A DNA stretch of 61,011 nucleotides, filler included, from Vannella sp. (Eukaryota): NCBI GenBank assembly GCA_023345925.1. It is 6 parts of 6 records of this genome, joined end to end, with 100 filler letters (N's around TTAATTAATTAA, not from the genome) between each part and the next. Parts side by side here need not be neighbours in the genome. Positions count along the whole stretch, not along the records: positions 55,894 to 61,011 come from JAJQQN010000918.1; 5 more parts are not named here. One strand, given 5' to 3'. The position numbers and the translations under genes are program-made. The notes under the pieces are model-generated. The model was not told where the DNA came from. It saw only the letters and a list, made by a program, of their open reading frames with translations, and did not search any database. Below, in pieces: positions 57,988 through 61,011 of this stretch (position 1 is the first letter of the stretch; each line of letters starts with the position of its first letter).

Positions 57988-58171
57988 GGACGAAAAGGAA
58001 TGGAAGGAAGCGGACCTTTCTGCTTGCGGCATTTCGGCGTTACCAAAGTACCAGGCAATTATTAGACGATTATTCGAGTAGGGAAATGTCCTGTTGGGTA
58101 ATTCTCTTTCTTCCTTGCTTCCAACAACCTTTTCTAGTTGTAAAATTGTTTCAACCATTTTGTGGGTTGCC

Positions 58172-60164
58172 ATGCAGCGGTTCACCATCTCCCTCCAAGT
58201 GAGGCCAGATGGTGTAATTCGTGATGATGGCCCGTCATTGGAGTATACGTTTGTAGCAGCTCCATTAGCTACGAATATGGAGAACATCATCCAGTCGTTC
58301 ACTCGGTCAGGGAGCTCCTTGGAGGAGCAGTCCCCTGGCGACCTTTGCTTACAGGGCAAGATTGGTGCTCAAATCCTGGACATGAACAAGCCATTACAGA
58401 CCCAGCTAAGTAGTTATGAAACAAATGTACTCTATCTCCTTCCCAAACCCACTCTCCGAGTGGAGAGGATCCTCAAAAGGATCGTGGAAGAGGATCAGGC
58501 TCGACTGAAAGACCTCCTCTTTCACCTACGGGTGCAACTACAGGCTAGTGATACTCTCTATCAGTGTCAGCCTACATCTAACCATCTTTAAGGACCCCAA
58601 CTTTGTCCAGGCCTTCGTGAACCAGGATGGCGTTCCGATGCTCCTCGGTCTGCTCTCTTCCAGTAGCGGTAGCGCACAGGGATACTGTCTTGGAGCCATA
58701 CGAAACACTCTTTCACACGTCAAAGCATCACAGGCGCTCTTACAGTCCCAGAATGCCTTACAACAGCTGTACGATTTGACCTTTTCCTCCACTTTAACTG
58801 TTTGTCGCGAAGCTCTTGACCTCCTCTGCACTGCATGTACATTTGAAGAGAGAGCGTCTTCGGATGTGTATAAGGTACTGTTCTACTCGATCTGAGCGCC
58901 TTGGTCATCTCACAAGTGAGGGATAAAGGCAGCAGAAGGTGCGGCGGAGAGGAGAAATGGCGATCTCTTCAGCCACTTGGTCCGCTTGGTATCGTCAGGT
59001 GACCTTGACATTCAAAGCAATAGTCTTGCTTTGATCAACAACCTCTTGCAAGCTGTTGCATCTCCTGACACCCGAAAAGAGCTTCTCCAACATCTAGAAG
59101 ACGACCTACTCCTCCGCGACACTCTCAAAGTGCTCTTCTCTTTCATCACTTCCATGGTATGATCTAACGCCTACCTAGAACGCTGCCAACATCGCCAACG
59201 AGAGCTTCCTGCATCAATTGAGATTCTATGAGGTGACTGGAACCAGCCGAATGCGCCCTCTTCTCACTCTAAGAGCGACAGAACATGACAGGACATAGCG
59301 TTCTCGAATACTCCAGCGAAGATATCAAAAGGAAGCTCAAACAGTACCAATTGCAGCAGCCTTTCTTCAATATCCTCCGCAACGAACTTCAATTGGCCCA
59401 ACGAGCCATCACAGACTCTCTCCAAGCGACTGACTTCCTTCCTGCAGATGCTCGTTAGTACTCATTCTCGCTAGGCTTAGATTGGAGCTAACACGGGTCC
59501 AGAGGAGCCACTTAAGAGATACTCCGAACGGGTATATCAGATGGAACGGGAGTTTGGGGACCGAAAAGCCCGTGTTCTTGCTCCTCAGGATGACTCTGAG
59601 ATAGAGCAAGAATCGGAAGAGATCAAACAGCTGCGGCGGGACATTGAAGGGCAAAAGAAGAAGATCACTTCGCTCTATCAGACCATCAAAGGACTGGAAC
59701 TGGCCAACTTTGCACTGCAAAAGCAAGTGGAACACCAGGCTATTGTAAGGCAAGCTTCATCGCCAAGCCTACCCGACTTGGGAGAGAAGGTTGAGCTTCA
59801 GAGGTTGAGGGACGAGACCAAGTCGGCCATCAATCTGCTCCGAAGAGAGCGAGAGCAGGCGGGCAGAATGTTTCCTCACTCATACAAGGATCCTTCGTCC
59901 ATGCAAGCTCAGAGCCATGGCGAGCCTGCCTGGACCAAACCAACCCCGAATCCTGAGGACTTCTCTGTTGAGCGACAGATCACATTGGAGATAGAAAGAG
60001 ACATTCTCGACGAGAGGCGCCGTTATGCTGCTGATAGAGATCAGTGGCAAGCCCGTGAGCTTGAGTTACAAGATACAATCGACCAGTTAAGATCACAACT
60101 GGACCTTCGAGTCTCCCAAGAGGTTCCCTTTGATCCTCACTTTGGGTGTATTAGCCCACCGTAA
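58172..60164 (+). CDS. FHOD/ELMO-type GBD/FH3 armadillo domain plus coiled coil, no FH1/FH2; 3' end uncertain
   Basis: LFHLRVQLQDPNFVQAFVNQDGV..L..QGYCLGA..QQLYDL..VCREALDLL, DLDIQSNSLALINNLL, then coiled-coil exons. Confidence 0.65.
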
Positions 60165-60225
60165 GTGTACCTACACCCATGTACTTCTGGAATCCTTCTG
60201 AGAAGATAAACCTTCTTCGTTGGGT

Positions 60226-60683
60226 TCACTTTAGAGCTGTTCCAGCATTGCGGATCTCCAGGTAGGTTTGTACGGTCTCTGGTGGAAGCTGACGTATCAC
60301 CGCAAAGGAATGAGTATCGCAGTAGCGCATCCGGGTGCGGGGGTCGAGGTACTTGGCCTCAAACCCAGAGAAGTCGCAATACTTCTTGGTTGGCAGCACG
60401 CTGGGGGACGCCCTGATGCTCATAACTAGGAGGAATCAGAAAGGGGTATCAAGATAAGGTCTCTTACAACTAGGCTGGTTGATGGGGAGCGAGCTGAAGT
60501 TCTCTAGGAGGGTCACTTGCTTCAGATTCCTCCACTTCCGCCCTTTGAGCGTCCCCAGCTTCTTTGACTTGTACTTTGGATTCTTAAAGCTAAGCGCCTT
60601 GGGATCACCCTGTCTCCTGTTAGGTTTATCGTGCAAGAGGAGCGCATCTGGCTCACTTGAGGCAAAGGCTGTCCCCGACCCAT
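60226..60683 (-). CDS. INO80C: INO80 complex subunit C / Ies6, 3 exons
   Basis: FKNPKY..WRNLKQ, SIRASPS.LP.KKYCDFSG.EAKYLDPRTRMRY, YLEIRNA. Confidence 0.92.
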
Positions 60684-60726
60684 CCCAAAAAATGAGTGCT
60701 CTGGAATAAGGTAGATTAAATCGTAT

Positions 60727-61011
60727 TTATAACAGGGAACAAGGAGCCTTTTTGATGGGTTTGGAGGATGGAGGAGCGATCACCGAGCGGATGGCTTCGT
60801 CAAAGACGTGCTTCAGTCCTTGTTGTGTGAGTGCGGAGCACTCGATGTACTTCGTTGCGTTTATCTGCTTTGAGCACTCCAGTCCTTCAGCAAGAGTGAC
60901 GGGATGGAGGTCGCGCTCGGCCAAACGGGCGGTGATGGCGAGGTTGTCTCGCAAGTCGATCTTGGTTCCCACGAGGATCACGGAGGCAGAGGGGCAGTGG
61001 TGGCGAATCTC
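60727..61011 (-). CDS. RAC: Rac-family GTPase, 3' part (5' end outside window)
   Basis: EIRHHCP..ILVGTKIDLRD, Rho insert, YIECSALTQQGLKHVFDEAIR, CaaL CSLL. Confidence 0.93.
   Translation of the reverse strand, partial: EIRHHCPSASVILVGTKIDLRDNLAITARLAERDLHPVTLAEGLECSKQINATKYIECSALTQQGLKHVFDEAIRSVIAPPSSKPIKKAPCSLL

Noticed and set aside
56428..58065. 545-aa plus-strand ORF
   Set aside because: Antisense shadow of the DD3-3 gene, explained by codon bias. No recognisable motifs.

Overview
Compact, intron-containing eukaryotic DNA, not prokaryotic. It is six contigs joined by five artificial 100-bp spacers (N44-TTAATTAATTAA-N44). Introns are short (mostly about 45-60 nt, GT-AG, CTGAC/CTAAC branch points), intergenic gaps are often under 100 bp, and the code is standard. 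An SH2-kinase of the Dictyostelium Shk type, a DD3-3 homolog, a class C GPCR and Rac suggest an amoebozoan-like protist (inference). I could reconstruct about 36 protein genes by hand-splicing, plus three tRNA genes (Lys-TTT, intron-containing Ile-TAT, Val-CAC). Most genes are housekeeping: VPS28, MRM2, CLPTM1, an ABCB half-transporter, AGXT, PSMB6, USP14, CDC50, RNPS1, WDR11, OST3/6, FANCE, INO80C. The most unusual items are: (1) an LRR receptor kinase with about five TM helices, four of them tetraspanin-like, between ectodomain and kinase; (2) a Rab2 with no C-terminal prenylation cysteines and an N-terminal MACCGGG; (3) a Ki-67-like FHA protein with SILK/RVSF PP1 motifs and a bromodomain-like segment; (4) an intronless Crinkler-like REase/pseudokinase gene joined head-to-head to a leucine-zipper ORF by a 72-bp inverted duplication; (5) a class C GPCR with an LDLa-like module; (6) a meiotic HOP1 gene. 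All domain calls come from visual motif recognition, not database searches.
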